A program made the position numbers and the translations under genes. Below, one piece after another: positions 51,572 to 64,000 of a stretch of DNA of 64,000 nucleotides. The DNA lies in contig NW_024704742.1 in NCBI RefSeq assembly GCF_018977255.1, positions 122,762,001 through 122,826,000 on the forward strand. Reading direction: 5' to 3'. This DNA comes from Callorhinchus milii. Its lineage: Eukaryota. The notes under the pieces were generated by a model, which saw nothing but the letters and a program-made list of their open reading frames with translations, was not told where the DNA came from and made no database searches. Each line of letters opens with the position of its first letter. The first letter of the stretch is position 1.

Positions 51572-51790
51572 TTTCCTGTTATCAGTGAATCGGAAAAATT
51601 ATCTGATGTCAAACGGTGCTGCCTTTGAGGATTGTGATAAAGCATTGACGTCAAACAATCACAGTCCATTACCTTTGCTTATATAAAGCTACCCAGCCTC
51701 ACATCTTTCAGATGGTGATATTCCTTGTGTGCAGTGGGAAAGCAGATCTCAGTGATTTTGTGTCAATTTCCCCATTTAATATAAGTGAGT
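51572..51790 (+). promoter_or_regulatory. Promoter-like cluster (ETS, 3 GATA, CRE, TATA) followed by a splice donor
   Basis: TGACGTCA 51646-51653, TATATAAAG 51680-51688, GATA motifs at 51579, 51599 and 51635, donor TAA|GTGAGT at 51784/51785. Confidence 0.3.
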
Positions 51791-52489
51791 CTCTTGATTA
51801 GGATCATAAACAAATTGTCTGAAAACATCTCAAGTCATTGCCTTCACAGAACAAACAGAGCATTTCATTGTTTGATACAATAATAACAGCAACAAATTAC
51901 ATTTGTATAGTGCCTTTCATGTCAGGAGGACGTTCCAAAGCGCTGGACAGTCAGGGATCCGCATACAAAAGACTCCTTAAAACTAATAGAATTGGAATAA
52001 TGGAGACCGGCAAGGAATGCATTAGCAAAATCAAGGGGAGAGGTGATGAAAGCATGATTGAGAGTATTAGCACCGTTTGAAATAAGATAGGGATGAAGGC
52101 AGGTGCTGTGGGGGAGGTGGAGGAAGGGAGTTCTGGTCAGGGAGCAAATGTGGGGTTGAAAGGATAACTGAGGATTGAACTTGACACCAGGTTGTGTACA
52201 GGTTCAGCGAATAGTAGTAACTACCATAGCAGAGATTTAGATATCATCATCATAATCAAAGCACGGCCACCAATTGTGGAGCAGAGGGGCGAGGAACATG
52301 CACTCCTCACTCGTCTCCCCAGTTCCATAATAAACAAGGTCCAAATGATACAAAACTCTGCCGCCTGCATTCTCAGTCATGCCAGGCTCCCCACCCCCAT
52401 CACCCGAGTTCTTGCCAGGCTTCATTGACTCACTGTTGCAGAACAGCTAGATTTTAGATTCACCAAGAGATTTAGATATCATTATCATC

Positions 52490-52785
52490 ATAATAATCCT
52501 TAATAATCTTTTAATTTGATAAAGTGCCTATGAAATCAAAAACATTTCAAAGTGCCTCACAAGGTATCTGGGAAATATATCTGTATGTAAACATGGCAGC
52601 TAAGATGAACACAGCAATGTCCTGCAAACAGCTATGACATGAATGACTAATTTTATCTGAGGGATTGCTGGCCAGGACACCAGGAGAGACTCCCTTTACT
52701 TTCTGAGTAGTTCCATGGAATCTTTAATAGGGTGATGGAGCCGCATTTTAACATTTTATCCAAAGGACAGCACCCCTGACAATAG
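52490..52785 (-). mobile_element. Old Deu-domain SINE, 5'-truncated
   Basis: gtcctttggataaaatgttaaa...aaagattccatgg...gtgtcctggccagcaatccc. Confidence 0.75.
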
Positions 52786-52907
52786 TTACCAAGACACAAT
52801 AGAGGAAAATGATCTTTCAACGACGGAGCTGTTCAACCTCATCACTGCAGCATTTCAAGAACGCTAACACTTGCTTAAACCTCTCACTTTCATCATTTTG
52901 AATCTGC

Positions 52908-53374
52908 AACAACAAAAACAACTTGCACTTATATAGCGCCCTCCCCACAGGGTTGCATCTCAGAACCCTTAACAGTGGCAGAGCCTGATTCCGAACCAGG
53001 GGGAGGGGGGAAGTGGCTGTAACCACGGTCGAACAGGAAAGTTTTCAGGCAGGACTTGAAAGAGGGGAGAGATGGGGCAAGGGGAGGGATTGAGGGAGAG
53101 TGTTCCAGAGTTTTGGGGCATAGTGGCTGAAAGCACAACCTCCGATGGTAGGGCAGAGGATGCGAGGGACGAACAGGAGGCCGGTGCCAGTCGAGCGGAG
53201 GCGCCGGGTGGTGGATTGGGGAGTGAGGAGGTCGGAGAGGTAGGGAGGTGCCAGGGAGTGAATGGATTTGAATACGAGTGTGAAGACCTTGAAGTCGATC
53301 CGTTTGGTGATGTGGAGCCGGTCGGAGACAAGCAATGTGGTGTACGTGGAAGAAAGCGGTCCTGGTCAGTTTCT
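52908..53374 (-). mobile_element. L2 LINE 3' end (second tail type)
   Basis: RIDFKVFTLVFKSIHSLAPPYLSDLL, KLWNTLP; tail tgcaagttgtt(ttg). Confidence 0.9.
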
Positions 53375-53807
53375 GCAGCAATTGACAAGGAATATAGGAC
53401 ATGATTTTAGATATTGTATGTGGGGAGGAAGGACAGTTGGGGATAACAATAACTGCATATTGTTATAGGCACAGTTTGGAAATGGAGAGAGGAAGATCAT
53501 GATTTTGAAATATGATTCATAGTGAAAGCATACCTTTAAATCAGAATAGCATACAAGAAGGCATCATTGAAAGTACAACTATGCCTACCTCAAAGACAAG
53601 CTCAGCTGTGCAGACATATTTATCGGCTGAGTGAAGATGCCAGAGTTTCAGTATTTCATGCATGAGTGATGTGAACTCAACAAACCCAGAACTGCAACAC
53701 TAACTATAGTACTTCGCTGAGTAAACTGAGGTTGTATTTGTCAGAGTGCATGAAATTGAGGGATAATTAAATTGAAGAGTTCAAAACGATGAAGGACACG
53801 GACGACG

Positions 53808-54381
53808 ACAACAACAACAAAAACTTGCATTTACGCAGGTAGCGTCTTGGAGCCCATAACAGCAGAGTGGTTTGATGCCAAGTTGGAACAAAGGGGAGGT
53901 AACGGAAGACACTGTTGAAGAGGAAAGTCTTTGGGTGTGATTTGAAGATGGGTAGAGAGGGGCAAGATAGCAGGATTGAGACAGGGAGTTCCAGTAACTG
54001 GGGACATAGTAGTTGAAAGCATGGCCATCAATTGTGGAGCAGAGGGAAAGCGGGGCGGGCAGAAGACCTGAGCCAACTGAGCAAAGGTAGCAGGTAGTGG
54101 AGTAGGGTGTGAGCAGATGGGAGAGGTAGGGGGTTGCTAGAACATGAAGCGATTTGAAAATGAGATTGAGGATCTTGAAATCGATCTGTGCTACAAAAGG
54201 GAGCCAGTGGGGCCTGGCAAAAACTGGAGTGATGGGGGTGCGGAGTCTGGTGCAGGTAAGGACATGGGCGCCAGAGTTTTGAAATGTTTGGACCTTGTTT
54301 ATAGTGGAGCTGTAGAGAGCAGCAGCGAGTTGCATTGGAAAGTCGAGGCAGGAGGTGACAAAAGCATGAATGAGGGTTTTA
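53808..54381 (-). mobile_element. L2 LINE 3' end
   Basis: KTLIHAFVTSCLD, HWLPFVAQIDFKI, WNSL. Confidence 0.9.
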
Positions 54382-55239
54382 GCAGCAATTGACAAGGAAT
54401 ATAGGACATGATTTTAAATATTGCATCTCACAATATTATTTCCTAAAAGAAAACAATTTAATTTGCTTTTGAAAGAATCGACACTTTCTGCTTCAACCAT
54501 CTCCTAAGGGAAACTGTTCCATACATTTACTACTCTCTCACTGAAATAGTGTTTCCGCAGATTTGTTTTGAGCTTACTCCCCTTCAATCACAGGGCATGT
54601 ACAGGGTTAGAAAGGACCATTGCAATCCCCCTTGCCTGTCCAAACGTAAAACAAAATCATTCTCTACTCTACTCATATCTTTCATATCCCCAAAATGATT
54701 TCTTCACCAGAGAGCTACCTAATTCCCTCTTGAATTTGCTGATATAATCAGATTTCTCCATCTCCCTGGGTTGTTTATTCCACCTCTGTGTAAATAATTA
54801 AATCTAAACCGTTTGCTTACCTTCCCTCTCCTGATTTCCTGTCTAGAAATCAATGGGAAGTTTAGTCCCTTTTCATGCGATACAAAAACATCAATCATCA
54901 GTCTGTCTACCTGAGTTGTGGCTCACTATTACTGTCTTCCTGTCAATGCAATTTACAGCTCACATGCTGACTAGTACTGACTAAAAACAGGAATCAATCG
55001 AGTGATTCTCTTTAGCCTCCCCAGACATTATACCCCGTTGAGTTTCACTTTATTTTCAGTAACTAAGAAGAAGAAGAAAATATAATCCTTATGTTTGATA
55101 TAGCGCCTTATCACTTCTTCAAGACATCTCAAAGCACTTCACAGAATATACTGTAAAGTGACTTGATAATATGTTTTGTAGGTGAAATGGAGTCGCCAAT
55201 TGTACACAAAAAGGTTAGTGGTCACCTTTCATCAGCTTT

Positions 55240-56450
55240 GGTCAATTGTTTGACCAATTTAATAGAGTTCTTTGAAGCAGTATGAATGAAAGTTTAAATA
55301 AAGACAGTGCTGTGTACTTTGGATTTCAGAAGGCGTTTGATAAGGTGCCCGATAGAAGATTAGCGGAGAAACTCAGGGCATATGGAATAAGTAGAAATAT
55401 GGTGGTTTGAATAGAAAGGCGATTGAAGGATAGGAAGCAGAAAGAAGGCTAAAAGGATATTTTTCCCAAAGGAAGAAGAAAATTAGTGGTGTGCCACCAG
55501 GGTCACTGCTGAGCCTCTTGTTCTTTCAATATATATTTAGAATCTTAACTTAGATACAGGTACTGTGTCAAAATATACAGATGATATCAAGCTAGGAGGT
55601 ATAGTGAGCATTGAGAAGGATGGCAAAAAACTGCAGGAGAACATAAAAAAATTAGAGCAACAAACTGGACAGTGGCAGATGAAAATGTTAGGTAATTCAT
55701 TTGGCAGAAAAAACAAAGGAGTATATATTGAATAATTAGAAATAATCCTTGCATTTGGTACAACATCTTTCATGTCAGGAGGCCATCCCAAAGCACTTCA
55801 CAGGATATATTGTAAAGTGAAGTGACTGTGTGAATGGTAGTATCTTGCAAGAAACAGAGGAGCAAAGGGACCTGGGACTACAGGTGGATAAATCTTTGAA
55901 AGTAGCAGAGCTGGAAGAAAGGGATGTGAAAACGTGAACGGGATTCTGTTTTTTTTTGCATAAGGACATAGAGTACAAAAGTAAAGCAATAATGCTAAGT
56001 TTGTACAAATCATTGGTTTGGCCACTCCAGTTGTACATTCAATTCCACTGCTCTGAAACATTTCTCAAAATCTTCTTGTGAATAATTTATATCTATGCCT
56101 CCTTGACACTGAATCTCTGACCAGTGGAAATAGTTTCTCCCTAATTATCCTGAAAACAAAAAACCCACATAATTTTGTACACTTCTCTCAACCTTCTCTG
56201 CTCGAATTAAAACAGACCCAACTTCTCCAGTCTTTTTTCATCAATATATCATATACCTATATCATCTTTTCATAACTCATCCCAGGCAACATTCTTATAA
56301 ACATACTCTGCACCCCATAACCACCTTGCTGAAGTGACTTTCCCAAAACTAAATGCTCTTTGTTCCTCCTGAACACCTTTCTTGTCATCTTTAAATTCTT
56401 CTCATTCAGCATTCTGAAGAGGATGGGTAATCTAAGCAAAATATTGACTT
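55240..56450. mobile_element. Degraded CR1 RT fragments (+ to ~56050, then -) with SINE stub at 55738-55830
   Basis: LDFRRRLIR / ggatttcagaaggcgtttgataaggtgcc (LDFQKAFDKVP), SGVP, YTDDIKLGG; inverted 3' part after ~56060. Confidence 0.75.
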
Positions 56451-58121
56451 TGCCTTGGTAATTATGTCACTTTTAATTGCTGGGCCTCACACACGAAGGT
56501 AAATATTTTGCTCTCTTAGGAATGCAACTTTACAATTAAATTGCACTCTCCTCAAACCATCAGCAGTGATGATATTCACCTCATGATTTACCTCCTCAAT
56601 GAATCATAGCAACACATCATAAACACAATTACACAATACCTAAATAAAAGCAGGGAATAATATGTGCTTAGACTTTCTTTTAGAACAGTAGCTCTGTTTT
56701 ACTCCAATATATACATATACTATGTAATAATATTCCTTATATTTCTTGCTTTTGATAGTAACGCCTTATCACATTGTTGAAATGTCTCAAATGCTGACTT
56801 TATTTGTTGGTGAATATGCATAGTCCCACAAACAGCCAATGACCAACAGTGAATGACCAATTTTATCTAGATGATTGTTGGCCAGGACAACAGGAGAAAC
56901 TCCTGTATTTAGGATGCATCACTATATCTTCTGGGAAGATATCCAGGGACAAAGAACGAATACATCAAAATGCAGCTTTCTTGAAACATGGTCAGTTACA
57001 CAGTGGAAATAGTATATTTTTTATCGATGTATTTCCTACGCAAATAACCTCCGTTAAAATGATTAGGAAGTAATGGTCAAGACTCCTTTGTAGCTCATTT
57101 AGAATAATACCTGTGTTTGAGCTACACAGATTGGTAGTGTCCCTGGATCCCTCTCCAGTCTGTGATAAATGAGCTGACCTCAATGACAACAACAACAACT
57201 TGCATTTATATAGTGCCACTCATGCAGGGTAGAATCCCAGATCGCTTGACAGTGGTGAAGCCTGACCCCGAGCTGGGGGAGGGGAAGATGACTGTAGGCA
57301 CGGTCGAATAGGAAGGTCTTCACCTGAAGTTGGGGAAGGAAGGGGCAACGCAGAAGGATAGAGGAAGAATTTCCATACTTTTCATTGCTGGGAAGGAACC
57401 CTTGTATGAGTATTGGGTGAGGATAAAATTGGTTTGGCTGTGATGCTACCAGAGGGAGGCAGGTGCCCTTGGAATTATAAGAAAAGAAAGAAGAAAGTTA
57501 GAGAAAGTTACAGGGGGGGAAATTAAAAATAAATAAAATAATGCTTGTGTATTTGATTAATCCTGTTTTGAATGATCCACTCATTTTTTGTGTTGACCTA
57601 ATTTTATGTTAAATGTGGTCCATGCACATTCTACCAAGGTGCTGCATAAAAATTTATCTGTACATTTGAGTTAAGGTTCCCTATGTTATGTTCGTAAATT
57701 GTTTCATCTTTAATATTCCTCTTGCAGGTATTACTGGGATATGTGATATATGTTACATATGCAGCTACCAAACCTGTTTTTAGTTGATTTGATTTGGAGC
57801 GTTCCAAATTACTTTCGTAAATTGCTTTAATTACATGGAGATTTTCATTCTCCAGTGAGGCGTCTGCAGAGTGTAACTAACTTCACAGCTCCCTTCAGTA
57901 TGCCTCACCATCACTGTACTTCTCAGTGCTGATAGAAGCATTGGGGTCAAGCTGTAGAAATTAATGTGTTTGTTCGTTCTCTGTATGCCTTATTCAGCCT
58001 GTGATGAACTCTATATAAAATAACAGATCAATACAGAGCTGGATCTGAGGGATGCACCACAAGTTCCCAGTTAGGAAAGCATATGATTATAACAAGGCAG
58101 AAGAACGTAGCAACAGCAATT

Positions 58122-58447
58122 AGTCCTGTAGCTCAGTGGTTAGAGCACTCGCTTTGTAAGCGAGAGACCTGAGTTCAATTCCAGGCAGGTCAGGGCGAAA
58201 CCTTGGGCAAGTTTCCTTACTCCACACGGAGCCCAATAATAATCCCTCCAAAAACAAAAAACAATAATAAATTGGTCATTTTCAATCTACGACTGTTTGT
58301 GGGACATTGCTGTGCGCAATTGGCTGCCGCGTTCGCCCACAAATATACAGTCAATTCACTTTACAGTGTGTTCTGTGAAGCGCTTTGGGACGTCCTCCCG
58401 ACGTGAAAAGCGCTATATCAAATGCAATTTATTTATTTATTTATTTA
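58122..58447 (+). mobile_element. Young tRNA-Ala SINE with (TTTA)n tail variant
   Basis: Full head with a small cagg duplication, CTCCC-loop stem, tail aaatgcaa(ttta)n. Confidence 0.95.
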
Positions 58448-59518
58448 CCAGGGAAAAGAGAGTGGACAGGCTGAACTTCATTCCAGACATGCATGACATT
58501 CAGTAAAATAAATCACATTCCACCAAATAAATGGTTATCATCCTTAACGGCATGTAGCAGGGTATCGAATGAAGGACACCCTACCACCCCAACCCCACCA
58601 ACCCCCAGTAGAAATGGATACAGCAAAGATAGGGACACCTTCCAAGAGCAGGAAAGCGTATCTGCACATAACACACACTGTGAGAAAGCCAATAACCTAA
58701 GAAAACACCCAGCTACAATGGAAACAAAATGAACATACCATATACATAGCAACATAAGAAATACACATAAAAAAAACAAGAGAAAGACAAATGTACAGTA
58801 TGACTGAGTTTTGGTTTACCCAGTCTGTCTTAGACAAATGGATGTCTTGGTCAACAATCCTCAAAATAAACTACATCATTCACCTCAAGGCTGTTAATAT
58901 TTGTTGAGCTACAATGGCTGCAAACATATAACACAGTGTGTCAAGCACTCAATCATTCTCAGTGATGGTAGACTTTCCAGATAAAGTGACACATTGTTTT
59001 TGTTTCCGTTTATTTAAACAATGTTGTCCAAATGCTAAAACACTTAACTTTCCATTCTAGGCAAGCTCTATTTCTCGTTCACAATCTGTGGATTTTTTAA
59101 AAGAACATTTTCGGTATTCCACTATAGGTGACCGTAGCTGATGGCAGTTGTTGCAATGTTGTAATTTTTGCCGAAGTTCTCCATCACAGTTTTAGCAATC
59201 TCCAGAATAGTTTGTACCCACAGGAAGAACTGTATCTCAGCACAATGATTTGAACAGACAGTTCAGATTGAATTGAAATAGACTGCCTGGGGGAGACAGT
59301 GGAGGCAGACTGTGTCAACATATTCAAGAGGATATTGGAAATGTCATGTACACAAAAGAGAGGAGAATTTCTTCCGGTCGCTTGGTCAACAATCCTCAAA
59401 ATAAACTGATTATTTACCTCAAGGCTTTTTGTGGGACTTTTCTGTGCACCCCTTTGTTGCCAGCTTTGTCTTATATTTGACAGTAATTGCTTTAAAGCTC
59501 TTTGGGACAAGTGATCAG

Positions 59519-59950
59519 TTGTCAGCCTGGCTCAGTTCGTAGCACTCTCCCCTCAGGGTCAGAAGGTTGTGGATTCAAGCAACATGTCAGGTCTTTGCAC
59601 TCACAGTGTAGGCCTTCACTCCAATATAGTGCTGCAGTTGTGTTGCATTATCAGAGGTACCATCCTTCGGATGAGGCGTTAACCATGGTCCCGTCTACCT
59701 GTTCAGGTGGATGTTAAAGATCCAATGGCACTATTCTAAAAAAGAAGAGAGTTTCTTCTGGTGTCTTTGCCAACAATCCCCCAAATAAAATTGGTCATTC
59801 ACTTCATGGCTATATATGGGACATTGCTGTGTGAAAATTGTCTGTCGTGTTCACCTACAAATACACAGTTACCACATTTCACAATAAACTCCTGTGGAGT
59901 GTTTTGAGATGTCTCAGCAATGTGAGACATTATATCAAATGCAAGATTTG
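59519..59950 (+). mobile_element. Deu-domain SINE, full length
   Basis: gtcagcctggctcagttcgtagcactc...ccttcggatgaggcgttaac...aaagatccaatggcact...aaatgcaagattt. Confidence 0.85.
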
Positions 59951-60167
59951 TTGTAACACAATGTGGCGATTTCAAATGAGACTCCTTAATTAAGGAATCC
60001 AAGTTGGAAATCCTTCCGGTAACTTGAAGAGAGTTACGTGTATCATGCTGAATTGCAGGAACTGTGCACCAAAACATAGATTATCCTGGATGGAGATCCC
60101 GTGAGTCAGCATTGTATACATCCAGAATTTTTAACCAAGCAATTCCGTTTTAAACCACCATATTTTG

Positions 60168-60665
60168 CTGTCCTTTCTATCCCACATCCGGTCCCTGATT
60201 AGGATAGCTTTCCTCCAGCTCCGTCACATTGCCCTCCTCTGACCGCACCTCACACCCAATGCAGCCAAAACCCTTGTCCACACATTCGTCAGCTCCCGCC
60301 TCAACTATTGCAATGCCTTCCTCGCTGGTCTCCGCAGCTCCACTATCCACACAATCCAACTAATTCAAAACTCCACCACCCATTCACTCACCCACTCTAA
60401 GCTCCATCCCCCCATCACACCAGTCCTCGCCAGGCTCCACTGGCTCCCTATCACAGAACAGATCGACTTCAAGATCCTCACACTCTCTTCCCTCAATCGC
60501 TCCACCTTGATCCCCTCCTTCCCCATTTTCAAATCATACCTGAAGACCTTCTACATTGACTGTGCTTATGGCCACCTCCCCCCGGCTTGGCATCAGGTTC
60601 CGCCACTGTTAAACTCCCCAAGACTTTACCCACATGAAGATTGCTATATAAATGCAAGTTGTTGT
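60168..60665 (+). mobile_element. L2 LINE 3' portion with internal deletion
   Basis: AAKTLVHTFVSSRLNYCNAFLAGL, RLHWLPITEQIDFKI, tail aaatgcaagttgttg. Confidence 0.85.
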
Positions 60666-62611
60666 TTTAAAGCAGCATCTACTGATAGCAGGAGCTACAG
60701 TTCAGGGCTAACACCCAAAGCTGTGCAAACACAGAGGCTGTTATCCAGTCTGGACATGTTGAATACCATTCATATTAAACATGGCTGGGAACATACTTAA
60801 TATTTATGGTTTTGAGTGGGCATTTTGTTTTTAATTTATCGCCCTAGTCATTTTATCTTATATTTCTGTAAACCTTTGTGTTTATTTTTTTTGAGGAAAC
60901 ATTTAATGCAAACACTGAGAAGTTCTCATAACGAAGATAATCAGGGGGTTTTCAAATTGTTCAGTCCAATTGCTGGGATGAAGCACAAGTTAGTAAATAG
61001 AGTGGCTGTGAAGACTGAGTGGGTAGAACATAGCATTTCTATCATGCTTGAGGAACCAATGTTACTGGCAGGAGAGTAGGTTTGGAAGGTAATGCATAGG
61101 TAGTGTGCGGTAAGCCCTGAAGGGATTTAAAGTTCAGAACAAAGATCTTAAAAGTCAATTCGCAGGGCACTTGGAGGCCAATGGAGCCGTTATACATTTT
61201 TCCTCTTTAATGTTTGCTAAGTGTTTTCATTTGGAAAGTGCAGATATCATTCTGCTTTCCTTGTTTTCTAAACAGTAATTTGGTGAGAAGCCAAAGCGGA
61301 TGCCATTTAAAAACATGTCAGCACAATGCCTTTGAAAGTAAGTGAGAAACTCCCCAAATACCACACATTCCCCTGCTGCAATACCTATGGAGGAGTCATG
61401 AACTTATACTGCAATTGAAGTACTGCCAATGAATCCTTTCTATTTCTTCTAAAATCTGGCATTGTTTTTCAATGTTTCTGTGCTCCCTTGGATCTCATAT
61501 AAAATCCTGTAAGTTCACAAGAAAGGTTCAGTGCAAGAAGACTCTTCAACCCATTTGATCTGCTCCCTCGTGAATACCCACCTGGATTGTCCTCCTATCG
61601 AAGCATCAGCTACTTCTTCAATGGGTCTAGCATCCTGACCGCAACCACCCTTCCTGGCAACCTTCTGCGTGAAGAATGATTGAAATGAAAAGGGATTTAA
61701 AATGGTTCCACTCCCTGTCATTGTTTTCACTGGAAATTCAGCATGATTTCTACTGCTGCACTGCTAGTATATAAATCTATAATGAATATAGTTAACGTGG
61801 TGAAGGATGTCTATGCTGGAGCATACTGTAGAATACTTTCTACTTTCTCATTTACTTTCTACTTTCTCACACTCATCACATCCCATCATGCCCGGGCACC
61901 TCCCTACCTCTCTGACCTGCTTACTCCCCAATCCACTACCCGTCGCCTCCGCTCGACTGGCTCCTGCCTCCTGCTTGTCCCATGGTGTCTGTTCCACCAT
62001 CACCAGCTGAGCTTTGAGCCAATAACCCCGTCCCAAAATTCTGAAACACTGTCCCTCAATCCCTCCACCTTGCCCCCTCCTTGCCATCTCCAGGTCAAAC
62101 CTGCAAGCATGAAGGGATGTGAAGACAACTGTGGGTGGTGTGATTTAGAGTTTAGTGTGGGACACCACTGCCACATTTGCCTACAAAATATTGTCATTAC
62201 ACTTTACAATAAATCCTGTGAAGCACTTAGAAATGTGAAAATCCTGTATTACGTATTTATGTTTTTCTCTCTGCTAAGAGGTTGGATGAAAGCATACAAA
62301 CTTAAATATGTTTACTGCTAACAATACACATATAAATCTATGAGGTAGAAATATTAACAAAACTGTGCAATGAAAAGTGTATAAAAATACAGTAAGTAGC
62401 AGTCTGTTCCTGTCTGGAAATAATGAGGTTGAGGAGTCAGGGCGGTAACCTTGCAGAATTCTCTGTGTGCGAGTTATTTCTTTCACAACCTGGCACGTAA
62501 GCCTATGGTATGTAATCTAATTTGGGGCAATTCCTTTCTGTAATTATTTTGGCAATAAAAATCCTTGCAATTGAATGGAAGGATTCACTGCACGCATCAG
62601 CTTTGCTTGTT

Positions 62612-63045
62612 ATCATAGAATCATAGAATTGTACAGCACAAAAAGAGGCCATTCGGACCATCGAGTTTGTGCCGGCTCTTTGAATAGAGCAATTAATGTC
62701 CCCAGCCCCTTCCCCATAACCCTGCAAACCCGTCCTCCTCAAATACCCATCCACCGCGTTTTCAAAAGTAGTTATCGAATCGGCCTCCACCACCCTTTCA
62801 GGCAATGCGTTCCAGATTCGAACAACTCGCAACATGAAAAAAAATCTTCTCACCTCCCCTCTGCTTCTTTTAGAGACTATTTTGAATCTGTGACCTCAAG
62901 TCACTGACACACCCACCAGTGGAAACAGTTTTTCCCTTTCTAACCTATCAAATCCCCTCAAGATTTCGAAGACCTCTATTAGGTCTCCTCGTAACCGTCT
63001 CTGCTCCAATGAGAATAATCCTAACCTCTCTCGCCTTTCCTCATA
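62612..63045 (-). mobile_element. CR1 LINE 3' end
   Basis: LGLFSLEQRRLRGDLIEVF, RVVRIWNALPERVVEAD; tail (ttctatga)2. Confidence 0.95.
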
Positions 63046-64000
63046 TGTGGCTAAGCTCCTGTCAGTTAATAAACAGTTCAATGTTCAGTACCTATGCTCT
63101 ATAATATGTGACAAGTATCCACTTAAATCAGTAGAATTATTATAGATCTCTCCTGATGGACTTCCTTCCCATGCAAAAACTGATGAAGTATTACTATATT
63201 ACCGTGTACCACCCAAATAGGTCTCCATAGCACACTGGCCACTGTTCAACACATGTAACTCACAAACATCACCTTAACAAACGACAGTGAGACACACATA
63301 AATACTAGAAGGCCAAGTCAAAACAGTGGAGAGGACGAAAATGACTTTCATTATATTGAACAGTTTCACACATTGCCACTTAAGTTTCAATGGCACGGTT
63401 AGACATGTCTTTTTGTCTCCCACCCTGCTGGTTGTCTCAAATCGTTTGTGAAATCCTTAAGGACATCAGATCTTACTGGAATCAAGGGTAGCCAGCTGTA
63501 TCTTCATTATAGTGATATTATTTAAATCCTGATATTTAACTTTAAAGAGAAAAACAACTTGCATTTATATAGCACCCTTCGCGTCTCGGAGCACTTGAAC
63601 ATCTCAACCAGATGTAGTGATGAAAACACAATGCTGTGTTTGCTCACAATAATTGCGTTGCCTAAATCATCAGAAATCCCCCAATCCCCATAACCCATTG
63701 AATGGCCACTGTATTTACACGTGCTGAGCAAATCTTTTATTGTTTCTTTACACAAGACACAGTGACATGGGGTCACAATACAAAGTGTGTAAAGCCTATA
63801 TGAATGCATGTAGACAGAGAAAATCACAGATGCCCTCAATTATATTACAGTATTAACAGCCAATGAAAAGATTTACAGACAATGGTGATTTACACTATTT
63901 GCACAATACACCCTAGAGATTGTAGGCGTTCACCTACAAACATACAGTCATAACATATCCTGTGATGTGCTTTGAAACATCCTCCTACGTGAAAGGCGCT

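Noticed and set aside
1..64000. CRISPR arrays, operons or prokaryotic defence systems
   Set aside because: No regularly spaced repeats or dense ORFs; repeats are dispersed vertebrate SINEs and LINEs

Overview
AT-rich, repeat-dense vertebrate genomic DNA, most likely from a cartilaginous fish. This is inferred from SacSINE1-like Deu-domain SINEs and shark-type CR1 tails; a chimaera is plausible but not proven. A large part of the window is retroelement debris: CR1 LINE fragments (one with an SGNH-esterase ORF1), L2 LINE fragments, an old Deu-domain SINE, and a young, very abundant tRNA-Ala-headed SINE with an L2-type tail. It also holds an unnamed old SINE-like family and small hAT-like and foldback elements. 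I recognise no host protein-coding gene; every ORF with a recognisable product is LINE-derived, so the window is intronic or intergenic. The most coherent 'system' visible is the young SINE/L2 partnership. It has a head-swapped modular SINE with an intact tRNA cloverleaf, a covarying 3' stem-loop shared with L2, an internal segment complementary to its own tail, nested insertions, and a near-perfect SINE palindrome. Weaker candidates are a CTCF site, a TATA/CRE/GATA promoter-like cluster, several minus-strand exon-like segments and a possible 90-aa single-pass membrane microprotein. Repeat boundaries were placed by eye and are approximate.
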